A stretch of 64,000 nucleotides of DNA from Carcharhinus longimanus (Eukaryota). The DNA lies in assembly GCA_030264375.1 (NCBI GenBank), contig JASCQW010000105.1, positions 43,576,224 to 43,640,223 on the forward strand. The letters run 5' to 3'. Positions within the stretch are counted from its first letter, which is position 1. Each line of letters starts with the position of its first letter. The notes beneath the pieces are model-generated. The model was not told where the DNA came from and searched no databases. It saw nothing but the letters and a program-made list of their open reading frames with translations. Shown one piece after another: positions 37,921 to 52,030 of the stretch. A program made the position numbers and the translations under genes.

Positions 37921-38830
37921 GCACAGGTATGGGTGTTAGTCACGTGCACACAACATTCTGTACTCCTGTAAATACACTCCCACAAATTTGACTCTTTCTA
38001 TTGTTCCTGGCTGCTTTCATCCCTGATGAGCCAATCTTGCAGCCTTGTGGACCCTGAAAGATGTCAGGTATCTGAGAGTAGCTGAGAATATATACGCTTT
38101 CGGAACCAAGCACACGGATGTGTTTGGTGTGTGGTCACAGACCAGATGAATATTCAGGGAATGGAATCCCTTGCGGTTCACATAGTTGACAACTTGACAG
38201 CACAGAGCTCCAAGCGCCACAATGACACCCTGCACCAATGGAAAAGAGAGATCAGCACAAATCCTAACATTCTTGCTTTCTGGCTTGGCTGATCCCAGTT
38301 GCAATGCATTAAGTTGTATGCTCTTGTGAAGATTGCATCCCTGACCTCCTGATTGCACTCATGTGCAGAGGCTTGCAAAATCTCACAGGGGATCCAGTGG
38401 ACCTTCGGCAGGAGTCCCTGGTATATGAATTCAGTGCTGCAGTCCCTTTCAGTGACAGTGACAATTGATGCCCGCTTCCCCCACCCCCCACCACCACCAC
38501 CAACCAAGTCCCGAGGGGGCCAAATCTTGAAGCAGGTGAGAGGTGTGATCAATCAGTTCCCTAGATATGATGTATTCTGCAGATATGGCAAATGCCATCT
38601 ATAGTCTGAGTGTCAAACGAGACACCTATAAGCAATGGCTCTCTGGGGTTCATCCTTGGTGTGCAGAGCAGGCCCTGCCACTTCTTCCTCTTGACAGTCC
38701 TGCTCCTGCCTTTGACGAGTCAAGTATTGCTGTTGATACCTTCTTGTTCTTCTCCCCTACCTATAAGTAGAAGGACAGCGAGATCATCAGGCTCCATGTT
38801 CCTGATGGCCTCCACAGTGCAGTATCAAAG
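37921..38830 (-). mobile_element. Degenerate PIF/Harbinger transposase relic
   Basis: Fragments SFPLVQGVI...YVNRKGFHSLNIHLVCDH and LSLSLKGTAALNSYT resemble Harbinger/HARBI1-type DDE transposase motifs. Frameshifted; ends uncertain. Confidence 0.8.
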
Positions 38831-40119
38831 ATAGAGACTTGATGGCTAACATCTGTCTATTAAGGGCTACTCTTTATGATAGGGGGACCACCAATTTATG
38901 AAGAACTGATAGCAGCAGCAAAGTGATTACGGAGTATGGCGCCGAGAAAGGAGCAGACAATAAAAGCATACGTGACATTTGCGGTGGACACTGGGTAAAT
39001 AGGGCAAGACTCTTCCATGGATAGAAAAATCTGAATCAAGGACACAAAGATCGAGATTTTTACTGGATCAGTGATCAAGAACAGTGGTTTTGACATGCTG
39101 AACTTTAAGTATAGATTGGCTCTTACTAAGGCTCCCCATTCAGAGCTGTCAACTGAGTCCAAACCAGAATACCAGGAGGTGGGAGATTGAGTAAGAGTGA
39201 CACTGACAGGGGAGCCTAACTGTAGTGTAGTACAGGAAGATGCGAGCTTTAGTTAAAAGGGTGAACATTAGTGGATATCACATCAAGGTGTAAGAGTACT
39301 GTTGTTAGTCATCAATGCAGTCTTAGTGACTAATTAATTACTGATGGAATCAAATTTCCTGTCACCTTTGGTTTTCGTCTGCAAGCCCCTTTCCCATCTT
39401 TGGTTTTCCCTCCTCCCTACCTCAATCTCTCTTTAGTTTGACTTCTCACTGTAATTCCCCCTGGATCTTCGAATCTGTTGCACAGCAGCTGCTGACACAC
39501 AACTATGAGCTACAAGGAGCTTACAACCTTTTATTTGGCAAATGCAATAACCTGAGTAGGTGTCACATGGTCAAAGCATGTGATTAAGCATCCAGGAATG
39601 CCTCGAAAAATCCAAGATTGAGCAAAGTAGGCAAAGGAGGATAGTATGTTTTTCAAACCTGTGCCAAAACTTATTACATTTGGTTATAAAGACTGGCAAA
39701 ATATTTTTGCATTATGAGTAACGACACAGCTTTTAAGATCAGATATCAGTTCCCACTGCTGTTGTGATGGAGGTGGGTGGGGTGGTAAGGCCTTCCTGTT
39801 TGCAATATAAACCAAAGCCTCTATCCCATCAAGTTCCTAGTCAGGACATAGAGGGTGGGCTTAAAAAGTACTGTCACCAGAACACTAATGTTATAACGTG
39901 AAATAAAACAGAAAATACTGGAAATACACAGTAGGTCAATTGGCATTGAAAAAAGATAACAGATTAATGTTGCAAATGGATATCTCACTCAATATTATCT
40001 TTTGGTTATTTCTATTAAGATAGCTACCACCTCTCAAACAATGCAATCATTCCGCAAATAAATCTGTACATAAAACAACAATTATTATTGCTCAATGTAA
40101 CTGAGCAAAATTAGATCTA

Positions 40120-40615
40120 GGTTCCAAAAAAATGTTCACAGTTAGAAAGGTTGCAGAGTAGTTCCCCAGGGTGTTACCAGGCCTGAGGGACATCAGTTAT
40201 GAGAGAGTATTGAAAAAGTTAGGACTGTTCTCCCTTGGAAAGGAGAAAGTCAAGAGCTAGCCTCATGGGAGGTTCTCAAGATGATGAAAGGTTCTGATAG
40301 AATAAGTAGAGAAAAATAATTTCCTCTGGCCTGTGGCTCAAAAACCCGAGGTCACGAATTCCAAATTATTGGCAAAAGATCTAAAGGGGCAATGAGAAGA
40401 AATCTTTTCACTCAAGAGAGCTTTTGGGATCTGGAACTTTCTACTTCAAGATGATTCTATAAGTAAGCTTAATAGCTAGTTGGACAGATAGCTGGGGGAT
40501 GAGAAACATACAGGATTATGGACAAAAGGCAAGGACGTGGTAATATGCTCTTCCCAAAAGCCAGCACTCGCATTATAGGCTCTGGGCCCTCAACTATGCT
40601 GAAAGTTTCTATAAT
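40120..40615 (+). mobile_element. CR1 3' end
   Basis: ttagaaaggttgcagag..aggactgttctcccttgga..ggcaatgagaagaaatcttttcactca. Confidence 0.75.
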
Positions 40616-41989
40616 CAGTGGTGCCAAGTAGGCAGCACCATTAGGAAGATCAAGGTCAGTTATCTTTTAAGCACAACCTAATTTCCCAGTCCGCACTCAC
40701 TAATCAGATGGACCCAATTAATTTTTGAATTAAATGAGAACATTTCATTTTTTCAAGTATATATCAGGAAATTCCTATAAATTATAGTAGAAGGAGAAAA
40801 CAGTACACATTTTAAAACTAGTGATATTCAAAGTAATATGATTTTGTATCAAGTCCTAATTACTGAGTTATTTTGAAAGAATCTGGAAGGCCAAAGTAGA
40901 CCAGGTAAACTCATTCAGTCTTAAAATGTGACTTGAGGTGCAAAAAAAATTACACACAAGCAAAGGTAGTTTTAAAAAACAATTTAAAGTTTACTTGCTA
41001 TAAAAAATTTGCTTCCACTTTTTTTCCCTCCTTCACTTGGCTCCAAGCGACACAACATTGTTTAAAACAGTACGGATACTATCCTTCCTCCTCAGCACAA
41101 GTAAAAACCATTTAAGCTCTTCTGTATATTATGGGGGATTTTCAAATACACCAAGGACCACAATTAAGTCCCACCACCATTTTGAGTACAGCATAACCTA
41201 AATCTGAAGCTTGGACTGAGATCAAGACAAAAGCCCACATGGAATATGAGGAATAATTTGTACACAACTGAGTTTAACCAGTAACAAGTGAAATATCATT
41301 AGGGGTTTAAAACTGGGGATAGGGCAAAGCAATTGTACACAACTATGATTTTCACAGGCATCAGAGTTGCAGAAATGCAGCTGGACAAGACACTAGGCAC
41401 TTAACGCACATGTAATTTAGATCCGTTGACACCTTGGGGCAATCCATTTCTAAAATAAGCGAGCTGCAAACGGTGAAAACAAGGCAGCTTTAAACATGAA
41501 CTTGTAATCCTGCAGCTAGCTACCAAAAACAACAGGCTCTTCGATTTGAAAAATGCCTGTGTTTAGAATGCAATTTTCTGGCCAACAGCTGTCACAGTTG
41601 GGTCCTGTACAGAATGCATACTTGGAGGCAATAAACAGTGGATGGCAAGAAATAATTCCAGATTAAAACTGCTCCCGACATATTGAATTACATACCATTT
41701 ATATTCACACTAAGTATATAATGCAACTGTTATGACCTGCTGTAAAATAAATGATTGACATCTTTTACCACTGTGGTTCCTATGAATTGTTTTCATTGCC
41801 AATACAAGTTCCTCAGTTCTACTCCACTAAAACTATAAAACATTAGATTTGATAGTGAATAAAATAAAACATATTCATCTTTAAAGAAAAGATAAATGGT
41901 AGTTAACAGATGTGAAAATCAAATGTGTATTTTTGTCATCTGATAAAAGCACCGTGTTAAATGGGATAGATTTTGAGCACAGATTCTTA

Positions 41990-42965
41990 CAAGGCATCCA
42001 TGAGGCTCTGTGGGACATCAGCAGCAGCAAAGTTGTACTCAACCACAATCTGTGATCTCATTGTCCGGCAAATCCCTCACTCCACCATTGCAAGCCCGGA
42101 GATCAACCCGCGTTCAAGGAGGAGTGCAGGAGGCATACCAAAATAATGAAATGTTAACTTGATGAAGTTACAACGCAGAATACTTGCATGCCAAGCAGCA
42201 TAAGCAGAATTAGTAGAATTGATGGATCAGATGTAAGTTCTGCAGTCCTGCCATTTCTCCTTGAGGGGAGCGAACAATTATACAACTCCCTGGAGGAAAA
42301 GGCTCCAACAAATATCCCCATCCTCAATAATGGGTGAGCCCAGCACATCAGTACAAAAGATGAGGCTGAAGTATTTGCAAAACTTTTCAGCCAGAAGCGT
42401 TTAGTGGATGATCCATCCCGGTCTCCTCTGGAAATCTCCAGCATCATAGATGTCAGTCTTCAGTCAATTTGGTTACTTCACATGAGAGCAAGAAACAGCT
42501 GAAGGCACTGAATATTGCAAAGACAATGTACTCTGATAATATTTTGGTAATTGTACTTGCGCTGTAGAACTTGCCATACTCTTAGGCCAACTATAGCTAC
42601 AGCAGCGGTATGCATCTACCCCGCAAATGTGAAAAATTGCCCAGGTACGTCCTGTACACACCGAACCTGGCCAATTACCATTCCACCAGTCTATTCTCAA
42701 CCATCAGCAAAATGATGGAAGGGGTCATCAACAGCACTATCAATTACATGCTCACAGACACTCAGTTGGGGTCCTGCCACGTTCATTGAGCTTCTGACCT
42801 GATGACAACCTTGGTTCAAACATGGACAGAAGACCTGAATTGCAAAAGCAAGATGAGTTTGACTGCTCTTGACTTCAACATTCAACCAAGTGTGGCATCA
42901 AGGAGCTCTAGCAAAACTGGAGTCAGTGGGAAACATGGGGAAAACTTTCTGCTGGTTGGAAGCAT
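41990..42965 (+). mobile_element. Same LINE family, ORF2 middle
   Basis: aatatccccatcctcaat.., ggccaattaccattcc.., gtgtggcatcaaggagc (VWHQG RT motif). Confidence 0.75.
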
Positions 42966-45039
42966 TGTTATATAAGTGGTTGCATGATTGCTTTAACAGA
43001 GAGTCACATAACAGTGATGTCATTGGGATGTTTCAAAAGCTCTGGGTTAGCTTCATTTTATACTCAGTACAGGCAACAGTTCCTACAATAAATCTGTTGT
43101 TATTTTGAATCTACGTGCACAAATCACATCCTTTCCTTTTTTGCTTAAAATCCTCAACCCTTAACATTGTTAGGATATTACAGGAATGGAGGCAATCGGC
43201 AACGCTGGAGCTCAGAACACTGCCACAGTGGGTGGGAGAAGCAGCTACTATATGTGAATCTTCCAAATTCAGTGTCATCAGGAAGGTTCATCTTTCAGCC
43301 TCAAGAGTGTACCCAGAGATTCATTCTTTTTAGGAGTTCCGTCTTCTTTCTTCAACAGTGAGTCAATGGTGTTAGCTGCCCTTTGTTATGTTACTCAGAT
43401 ATGATGGCAGGACACACGGCATCATCCACCCTGCCATGGAATGTGCAGCTAAACGCCCAGATGCTTAATTAATGAGCTCAGGGCCAGAAGATATAGAGTG
43501 GTTATCCCCTGGAATAACAGCAGTTTCCTTTTCAATTTACCAAACAGCAACTTCTACAGTTCAATCATGTCAAAGAGGATGCACTTTAGGGTACATCAAA
43601 CCACTCTTCACACAGGTACTTTAAGAGCAAAGACAACAGTTGTCAGAGGACTTTTCATAGCAAACATAAGGAGGGAATGTTAACAAAGTAACAATATATA
43701 CCAAAACTATATTTGTAACATGATCAACTTTTACAATGCTCATTTAAAATGTGCAGACATAGCTTTCCCAGAGTAATGAATTTTTAAAACAGAAATAAAA
43801 TCTATCTTAAAGCTTAGAAGACTATATTTAGTCAGAAGGATGTGGAACTTTTGAATTAATAGAAGTCAAATTTGGCCATTAATTACTTTTGTACTTAGAT
43901 ACTACAGATTTTCCTTTCCCTACTGATCCTACCCTCAGACAATGTTATGATCACAGAAGTTATTTTTCTATTTTTTTTCCTCAAGAGTTTTATTGGCCAG
44001 AGTGAAGGATTATTTGAGTTGGTAATAAATTACTTATTCCTCTCCTCTCCCCCACCCAATTTTCTCACTGAGCATCATGATCACATATTCCCAGGTTGAG
44101 GACAGCATAGTTTCCTGCAGAGTAAAGTTATCTCTAATTTATCCCAATACCATGTCTTAACACAAGCTCAAAAGAACACTAGCTGCAATGATGTGACATT
44201 CCTTCATTTCTAACATTTGGCGTTTTTATCTGTCAGTGCGAGACTGTCAGTTTGTTGTGCCAAATTAGGATACATTTTGTACAACTTAACTCCTACTTAT
44301 AAATCAGGTTAAGTTTGTCCAACTCATTTCACAAGAAGCTTTATTGTCAATCAAGGGAAGGAAATATTAACGTATATGAACCTCTTTTCCTATCTGACAT
44401 TTGGACTATGGTGCCTTCAGGTATGAATTACTAGGATTATCCATCATTGACAATAATTAAATTACATTTTTTCACTTGGAAACATTTCATACACTTACTT
44501 AGAAAATATATTGAGAGGCTATCAGGTGCAGAAAATGAATACCAGTGAGTATAACTTGCTTAACCACTATATTGCTATACTGAACAACACTTTAGTTTAT
44601 ACATCTGCTATCTTTTATACATGAAAATTTTAAGAACCACGAAAAGAGACAGTACTCTTGCCCAGAACTACTAGGGAAATAATAAAACCTCATCCATTCC
44701 AGCAGGCTGAGATCATGAAATGTCAGAAATCATTTTGTGAGACTCCAATCATGATGTGGAGCATGCTTAATGGGAGTATTAAAACAGCCCTGAGTGTAAT
44801 AGCACCATCTCCAACCTGTAATCTCATAGAGTGCATCCATATAGTTAACATTTTATCTCATGATAAATTGTTGTGGGAGCTATTCTCAACGGACAAATAA
44901 TTAAAGTTAATTATCAATATATTTCCTTGAAATGAAAACAATATTACTCCTGCTCAAGTGTTACTAATGATTTCTGTCATAAAACCTTCTTTACCTAGGG
45001 ATAAGTAGTAACCACAGGCAGGAATTTGTTTTATAAGTT

Positions 45040-45550
45040 GTGGGAGAACTTGAACCATCTCCAAAGCCTTCGCATCCTGACTGGATTCTCTCTTGTTGGG
45101 GAAGATGATTGCCTAACAATGATGTTACTTGCCATATAGCAGCCAAAGCCTGAATGTTGTCTAGTTCTTGTTGCATATGGGTGTGGACTGCTTCACTATC
45201 TGAGAGGTTGCGTATGATACTGAACTGATCATTGCATAATGAGCGAATATCCCCACTTTAGAATTCATCATGGAGGAAAGGTCATCGATGAAGCAGTGAA
45301 GATGGTACGGCCTAGGACGCTAACCTGAGGAACTATTGCACTGATGTCTTGCGACTGAGGTGACTGACCTCTAACAAACATAACTATCTTACTTTGTGCC
45401 AGGTATGAATCTCTCCCCTGAATCTCATTGACTTTAATTTTGGTCGGGCTCCTTGATCAGATGGTGTCAAGCTCATTCATTCTCACCTCTTGAATTCAGC
45501 TGTTTCATCTATGTTTGGACCAAGGCTGTGGGTTGAGGTCTAGAGCCAAA
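45040..45550 (-). mobile_element. LINE RT fragment (same family)
   Basis: Reverse complement of 21900-22200 (MQQELDNIQA..WQVT). Confidence 0.75.
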
Positions 45551-46209
45551 GATTGTGGCCAGCACTTTTGCAATTTCAAGTTTATTTCCCTCATTAACCA
45601 AGGATACATACGCAGTGGAGTATATACTTCACAGCACTTACCAGGATTGTATGTTTGAGTGAACAAAGAAAACATTCCCCTTTATGCCTGCACTGCAGCT
45701 AATGTTGTAACATTTTGTTTCGCTGGCCAGAAGTGAAAAATCTGAATAATTATGAATTTTTGGAATCTATTCAAAAACTGATTTGATTAACAAGTTTATT
45801 GTAGTATAAATTGGATTATGGAGTCTTAAAATCTTAAAAAGAGACTATGAACTGTGCAATCTTTGTGTGTGAAAATTTGCAAGTTCATTCAAAATTACTG
45901 TGCTATTTTAGTTAGATGATTGCTGCCTCCTCTGAAAAAAGCATACATATGTACATGTAATATTGCAATGATTTTTGTGCTTAAATTTCTCAGCTTTGTT
46001 GAATTGGTAATATCAGTCGATTCATGCCTAATTTATACCCTCTTCTATGTGATCACTAGATTGACAGGTTTTCAACTGCACTGTATGAGTCACTCGGCCT
46101 CATCCAGAGAAAAAGTGAAAAGAGTGGTATTGGTTAGATTAACTCCAGAATCCGCCAAAGAGATTGACTACTGGTATTATGTAAGAAAACAAGTACAATA
46201 CTGCTTATA

Positions 46210-46420
46210 GATTCCCGTCTCTGTCTGTGCGTTCTCCGTGTCTGCGTGGGTTTCCTTTGGGCGTTCCGGTTTCCTCCCACAATTCAAAGACATGTTGGTA
46301 AATGCATTGGCTATGCTAAATTCTCCCTCAGGTGCCGGAGTGTGGTGCTCGGGGGATTTTCACAGTAAATTCATTGCCGTATGAATGTAAGCCTACTTGT
46401 GACTAATGAATAAACTTTAC
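46210..46420 (+). mobile_element. 5'-truncated V-SINE, alternative-tail type
   Basis: gtgtctgcgtgggtttcc..ttccggtttcctcccaca and tail gtaagcctacttgtgactaatgaataaacttta. Confidence 0.8.
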
Positions 46421-46554
46421 GTTAATAAATAATAGACACTACTGGAAATACTCAGCAGGTCTGGTCGTAACTGTGGAGCGAGAAACAGAGTTATGTTTCA
46501 GGTCTCTGACCATTCTGAATGTGACCAGTCACATTTAAAACGTTAACTCCATTT

Positions 46555-47580
46555 CTAAGAATGCAAGAAATAAAAGCAGGGATAGACAATTCAGCCCCAT
46601 TCCTACTCTGCCATTCAATATGATTATGGCTGATGTTCTGCCTCAACTGCATCTTCCTGCATGCTCTCCATATCCGAGACACCATAAATCCATGTCAACC
46701 TCGGCATTTCATAAACATCCACTGTCCCTGCAGTTAATTCGTTTGGAGCTCAAGCATATCGGGTGCCCTGGATATATTGGTTTGTAATCCTTTAAATTTC
46801 TTCAATGCAGGTTCCCTGCTGATATTGCATAAGTTCCTCACTCTTTTCAACTCCTTGTTTATCCTCTTCTGGCACGTAATCGTGTTTTCTTTTGTGAAGA
46901 CACTCACAAATGGGTGGGATTCTCCAGTCCTGCCTGCTGCTGAGATCGTCCAGTGCCACCAAAAGTCAATGGATTTTTGGCTGGCCACCAAGTCTCCCAT
47001 GGCAGTTGCCCCCAACAACAGAGCTGGAAAATCCCAGCCAAAATATTTGTTCAATGTCTCTGCCATTTCATCGTTCCACTGAATAATTTCTCCTGTTACT
47101 GCCTATAAGAACATAAGAACATAAGAAATAGGAGCAGGAGTAGGCCATCTAGCCCTTCGAGCCTGCCCCGCCATTCAATANNNNNNNNNNNCCCCTGACC
47201 TTCTGCAATAACCTCTTGTGAGGTACCTTGTCAAACGCCTTCTGAAAATCAAGACAGACCACATCCACTGGCTCTCCTCTATCCACCGCCCTAGACACAT
47301 CCTCATAGAACTCCAGTAAATTTGTCAGAGTATAAGTGACTAAAGTATACTTTAGCTACTCTCCTTTTGATATACTTGTGAACGCTCTTACAATCCTTTT
47401 TTAAATTCTTGACTCATTTCCATTCATATGCTTTTTATCAACTTTTCAGTCACCTTTTCAAGATTTCAAAAATACTCCCAATCCTTAACAACATTAAAAT
47501 CCTCTTCTTTTAACCCAACATCCTTAAATTCCTTGATAAGCCATGGATAGATCTTTCTCGCTGTGTTTTAAGTTTTAATG
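46555..47580 (-). mobile_element. CR1 ORF2 fragment with a nested MITE and a young CR1 insertion at a gap
   Basis: MAETLNKYF/VSVFTKE split by the MITE; aagaacataagaacataagaaataggagcagg tail precedes N run 47181-47191. Confidence 0.7.
46912..47039. mobile_element. MITE of about 130 bp, PIF/Harbinger-like
   Basis: TIRs GGGTGGGATTCTCC...GGAAAATCCCAGCC, cleanly interrupting CR1. Related copies at about 2846-2960, 3847-3952 and 23014-23130. Confidence 0.7.
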
Positions 47581-47639
47581 CATTTTTGTTGAACATTATG
47601 AAAATTAAGGCTGATCCAACAATATCAGCCACTGCATTC

Positions 47640-48170
47640 AATTCATGTAACATCTTTAATGTGCAAAAACAACCCCAAGAACTTCACAGATGCATCATCA
47701 AACAAAATCTGACAACCAGCCATGTAAGAACATTACAGCATATGATCAAAAGCTTGGTCAAAGAAATATGTTTTAAGAAACATCTTAAGAGAAAAAAAAG
47801 AGATGGAGAGCATAGGGAGGGATTTCCGGAGTTTAAAGCCTTCGCAGCTGAAGGCATGGTCACTATTGATGATGTGATTAAAATCAGGGATGCCCAAGAG
47901 GACTGAATTGGAGGAGCGCAGATATCTGAAGGAGGAAGGTAGAGATAGGGAGAGGCAAGGCCATGGAGAATATTTGAAAACAAGGATAAGAACCTTAAAA
48001 TTGAAAAACTGCTGGTCAGGAAGCCACATAGGTTAGTGAACACAGGGGTGATGGGTAAATGGGATTTGCTGAGAGTTAGGAAACAAGCAAACTTTTGACT
48101 GACTTCAAATTTATGGACAGTGGAAATGATAAGCCCATGAATAGTCAAATTGAGAAGTAACAAAGACATA
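47640..48170 (-). mobile_element. L2 3' region
   Basis: FNFKVLILVFK..PYL motif; reverse complement of the L2 tail. Confidence 0.8.
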
Positions 48171-51109
48171 TGCGAATGAGTTGGGGATTGGGTGGAGGAG
48201 GAAAGAGGGGGAGGGCCTCTTAAATCACACTCTCCCTGCCATTTCCACCCTCACATCCAATAACAAGTACACAAGACTTTAGTTTTTTTCATCATCAAGG
48301 TGGAAGCTGTTGGATTAGCTGCTTCAGCTGCATCTCATTTTCCCTTATAATAAAATATGCCCAATCCACTGCTGCTCTAGTCCTGAATACAGTCCTTGTT
48401 CCTTCCCTCATCTACATTACACTCACCTTCTTTCCTTTATTCTATTCCTACTAAATTTCTGACCAATTCCTGACACCAATTAGCCTGAAGTGTGAAAAAT
48501 TCCTCTTCCTCAGCACTATCTCTACCTTCCCATCCCCCTTCCGTCAAAACAGACATCATCACTCTTTCCTTAAAATACCACTTTCAATCCTTCTGTGTTC
48601 CCTGACAATGCTGTGATCAGCAACTTCCTTTTACTTTCTATGCTCCTTTAACATGTTGCTTTCCAAATCTGTGTTTGTATGTCTCACAGCTTCCAGTTTA
48701 AAACCCTTCAGTCTGGCTTGCATCCTTTCCATGGCTGCAAAACTACCCTGACTACAGATTCTGTTAAGCTTGTTGATCGCACCACCTTCCTTCACCCATT
48801 ATCCAACTCACTGGGAATACCTTCACTTTCAATTTTGCCTATTTAATCACAACCGGAACATATCTACCAATGGCGTTGCTTCCCGCTGATGCAACATAAT
48901 CTCCTCAATTATCCCTTGCTCCGCTCACCTTTTCCTTATTCGTATGCTCCCTTTCAGCAATGCCCATCATGAGATCAGGTTCACTAATTACTCTCCATCA
49001 GCTTTCTCAACTCTGCATCAGTGCTGTCAGATTGCCAATCTTCAAATATAGAATCTACACTGCACCATGAACTTCTGATTTCCGCTCCCCACTGTCCCCC
49101 CTCCCAAAAACCACCCAACCAACCCCTGCTCCTATTTCTCATCCACATACTGTCCCTTGGTAATATCACTGGAAAGCACAATGTGTGCTTGCTTCCACAT
49201 GTATGCTGACTACATACCTCACCACTATCATTCTCTACTGTCCCCAAATTGCCATACCGCAGCAAGTTCCTCCCTTATTGGGAAGATTGGAACCCCATTG
49301 TCTTCAATCTGGCCCGAGAGCTATTCAAGGGCTTCCTGACTTGAGGGAAAGTGAAGTTTGATTTCTATTTCTTGGCCTCTGAAAAGCCAGTGTTGACCAT
49401 TTCTTCAGTTTCCCTGAAGATATTCCATTTCCACTTGTTCCCATTCTGCTGATTCTGCTATCAAACGACAGTGGGCTGCCCCTTTCCACATTGTTGCTGA
49501 TGATCTGCCTTTACTGATATACTAGATCCAGTATAGTCGCTATTTATCTTCACTGGACTCCTGGACCAATCTATTGCTAGCTCAAGGTTGATTCTCTATG
49601 CCTACTCCATTCTCTATTTTGTACACCTCAGACTGTGTGACACCTAGCAACTTGCCACTCCAACAGTGCTTGGACAATAATTCATCATTCTCCAAGTTGG
49701 ACTCGGCCCATTTACAGATTAATTTCATCTCACCATGACTAAGTTTTGACTCTTTGTTATTAATTTCTCCGTTTACAACCAGGACATATCTATCCTAATC
49801 TTTACAATGTCTATGTAACCTGAATATTCTCCAGGTTCACTCAGATAAGCATTTTTGGTTATCTCTGGACCAGAGCTATTTCTTCAACCTCTTTTTAAAA
49901 TTTCTCTTCTCATTTTTTCTTACGGATCATTTTCTCTCCTTCTATGTCTGTTACCCACTTGTGCTTCCTTCTGTTCCTTCTCCTTCCCCACGCTACCAAA
50001 TCTCTTCCACTACCCTACTCTATTCTTCTCCTGCCACCTTCTGGGGCTCAAAATTTTCTTTGATATACCCATATAGTCTTTGCCTCTCTCAAGGTTCTCC
50101 AACTGTTCCATCAGACATTTACTGTTGCTTCCTTACACCAACTGCCCTATCTTATCCTTTGGCTGACTTCCCTATCCAGAAAACCCATTGGACATTATTC
50201 ATGCCAATTTTCTTTCCATCTCCTCACCCCTCTGCCAGTGGCTCAAGGATCACTACCCCTCTTTGTATGTCTATTGTGATTTAACCCTTTTTCCTTTCAT
50301 ATGTTTTTTTTAAAAAAAAATCAATGATGGTGTTCACATCATAGTTTTAATATATGTTTGATAACATTTTTCCATTATTGAAGTCCACCTACTTGGCTAT
50401 TCGTTTTGCCGCCTACTTTGCCCAAACTGCAGTGGCCTCATCACAAATTCTCACCTGGATCTCTCCCAACACTCCTTTTACACTTTCTCCTCTTTTGAGC
50501 ACCTCCCCAACCTTCTGATATTTCCTTAATGTGCTGTCTACCGCACGTTAAGTTCCATGTTGCATTGTTCACTAAGATATACTCACTTCTTTCCTCTGCA
50601 CTCATCAGTGTCAACCTTCTCAACATATCTTGCCTTCTGTCTGCTGAGTTTACTTGCCACCTTTGTGATCTCAGTTTTGGATAGGCTCAAATTTGGTGGA
50701 ATATGGGACTTAGCCAGAAGGGAGTTGGGTCTGGGGGTAACTAAAGCATGGCTGAGGGTTTAGCAGAAGACTAAGCTGAGGCTGGGGCAAGAGATGGGTA
50801 ATTTACAATAATGGAAGTAGTTGGTCTTAGTGATGGTGAGGAGTGAGGTCAGTAGCTCAGTTCAGGATCAAATCGAATGCCAAGATAATAAATGGTCTGG
50901 CTCAACTTGAGACTGTGGTATAGGGAAGGGGATGGAATTAATGTAGAGGGGATAATGTCTTTTAAAGGTAAAATACGGTAAATAAGCCACACAAATTTCT
51001 CAAGATTTCACAGTGTTTTATGTAACCTATTAAATTTGGCTTTGCACTTTCTATTTATTTGACAAAATTGAAATGTATTTCAACTGATCCAAGTATGAAG
51101 ATGAAACAT

Positions 51110-52030
51110 GGGCCTAGACTTCTTCAGAGTGGTAATTAGCAATGGATTGCCACTCCATGCCCAATTACTTCTGTACATTTCTAAACCCATCCAGTTTAGC
51201 CAGACGGTGCAGTGCATCCCCAGGACCCAGCATGAATGCGGCCACACTCCCTTTTCAACATGACTGGCTGCTGTAAACCAGGTGTTTAAAAGGATTTGGG
51301 GAATGGGAGGGATAGGAGTTTGCCAGCAGGGGTGGGGGCAGGGGGTTGATCAGAGGCTGGGGTAGGAGGAATCAGTGATTGGGGCAAACCACAAGAGAGG
51401 TCAGGCTTTGGGGGTGGTTAGGCCTCAGTGACAGAGGGAGATAGAAGGCAGGGTAGAGTATCGGGCATGGGTTTAGGTCCAGTAGGGCCTGGGAGTGGTG
51501 AGAGTGAGAGTTGAGCCAGCAGGATGGAGGAGAGGGGAATCTCTTGCGGATGTGGGGTATCTTGTGAGGGAGGGGGTAGTGAGAGGCACCTGGTGTTGAG
51601 GGGTGGGAGACCCATTGGTGGGGTGGGAAGGGATACTTTTCAGGAAACTGGGGATAATTCTGCGATTGGGGTAGGCAAGGTGCAGAGGCAAAGATCTCTG
51701 AAGCACTGGCAGGTTGGAAAATCTTGTGGATGAGATGGGAGGGGGAGTCAGTCAGGGTCTATACAATTATTTACCCAGAAGTTAGAAGAGGTTTAACTTA
51801 CTTTAACTTTTTCTGGGTAACAGTTAACATAACCCAGTTGCAACCATCCAAAGTTTGTGATTCTAACTCACATTTTTGGATGGTTACCAGTACAGTGCAA
51901 TTTCCCAGGAGATGGTTGCATTTCTGGGCAATTGCTGTGCAAACCCTTAACTGTGAATGTTCGAAGGGGATCTCCCTGGTCCTCCACCTGCAGCCCAGTG
52001 CTGGGGAGCCTGGAAGCTCCATTAAGGCCC
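51110..52030. mobile_element. Possible non-autonomous TIR element with a G-rich core
   Basis: Ends GGGCCTAG...TAAGGCCC; internal G-run-rich block 51295-51750. TSD not clear. Confidence 0.45.

Noticed and set aside
38017-38358. Domesticated HARBI1 gene
   Set aside because: Frameshifts, and loss of the catalytic IDGTH motif, indicate a transposon fossil.
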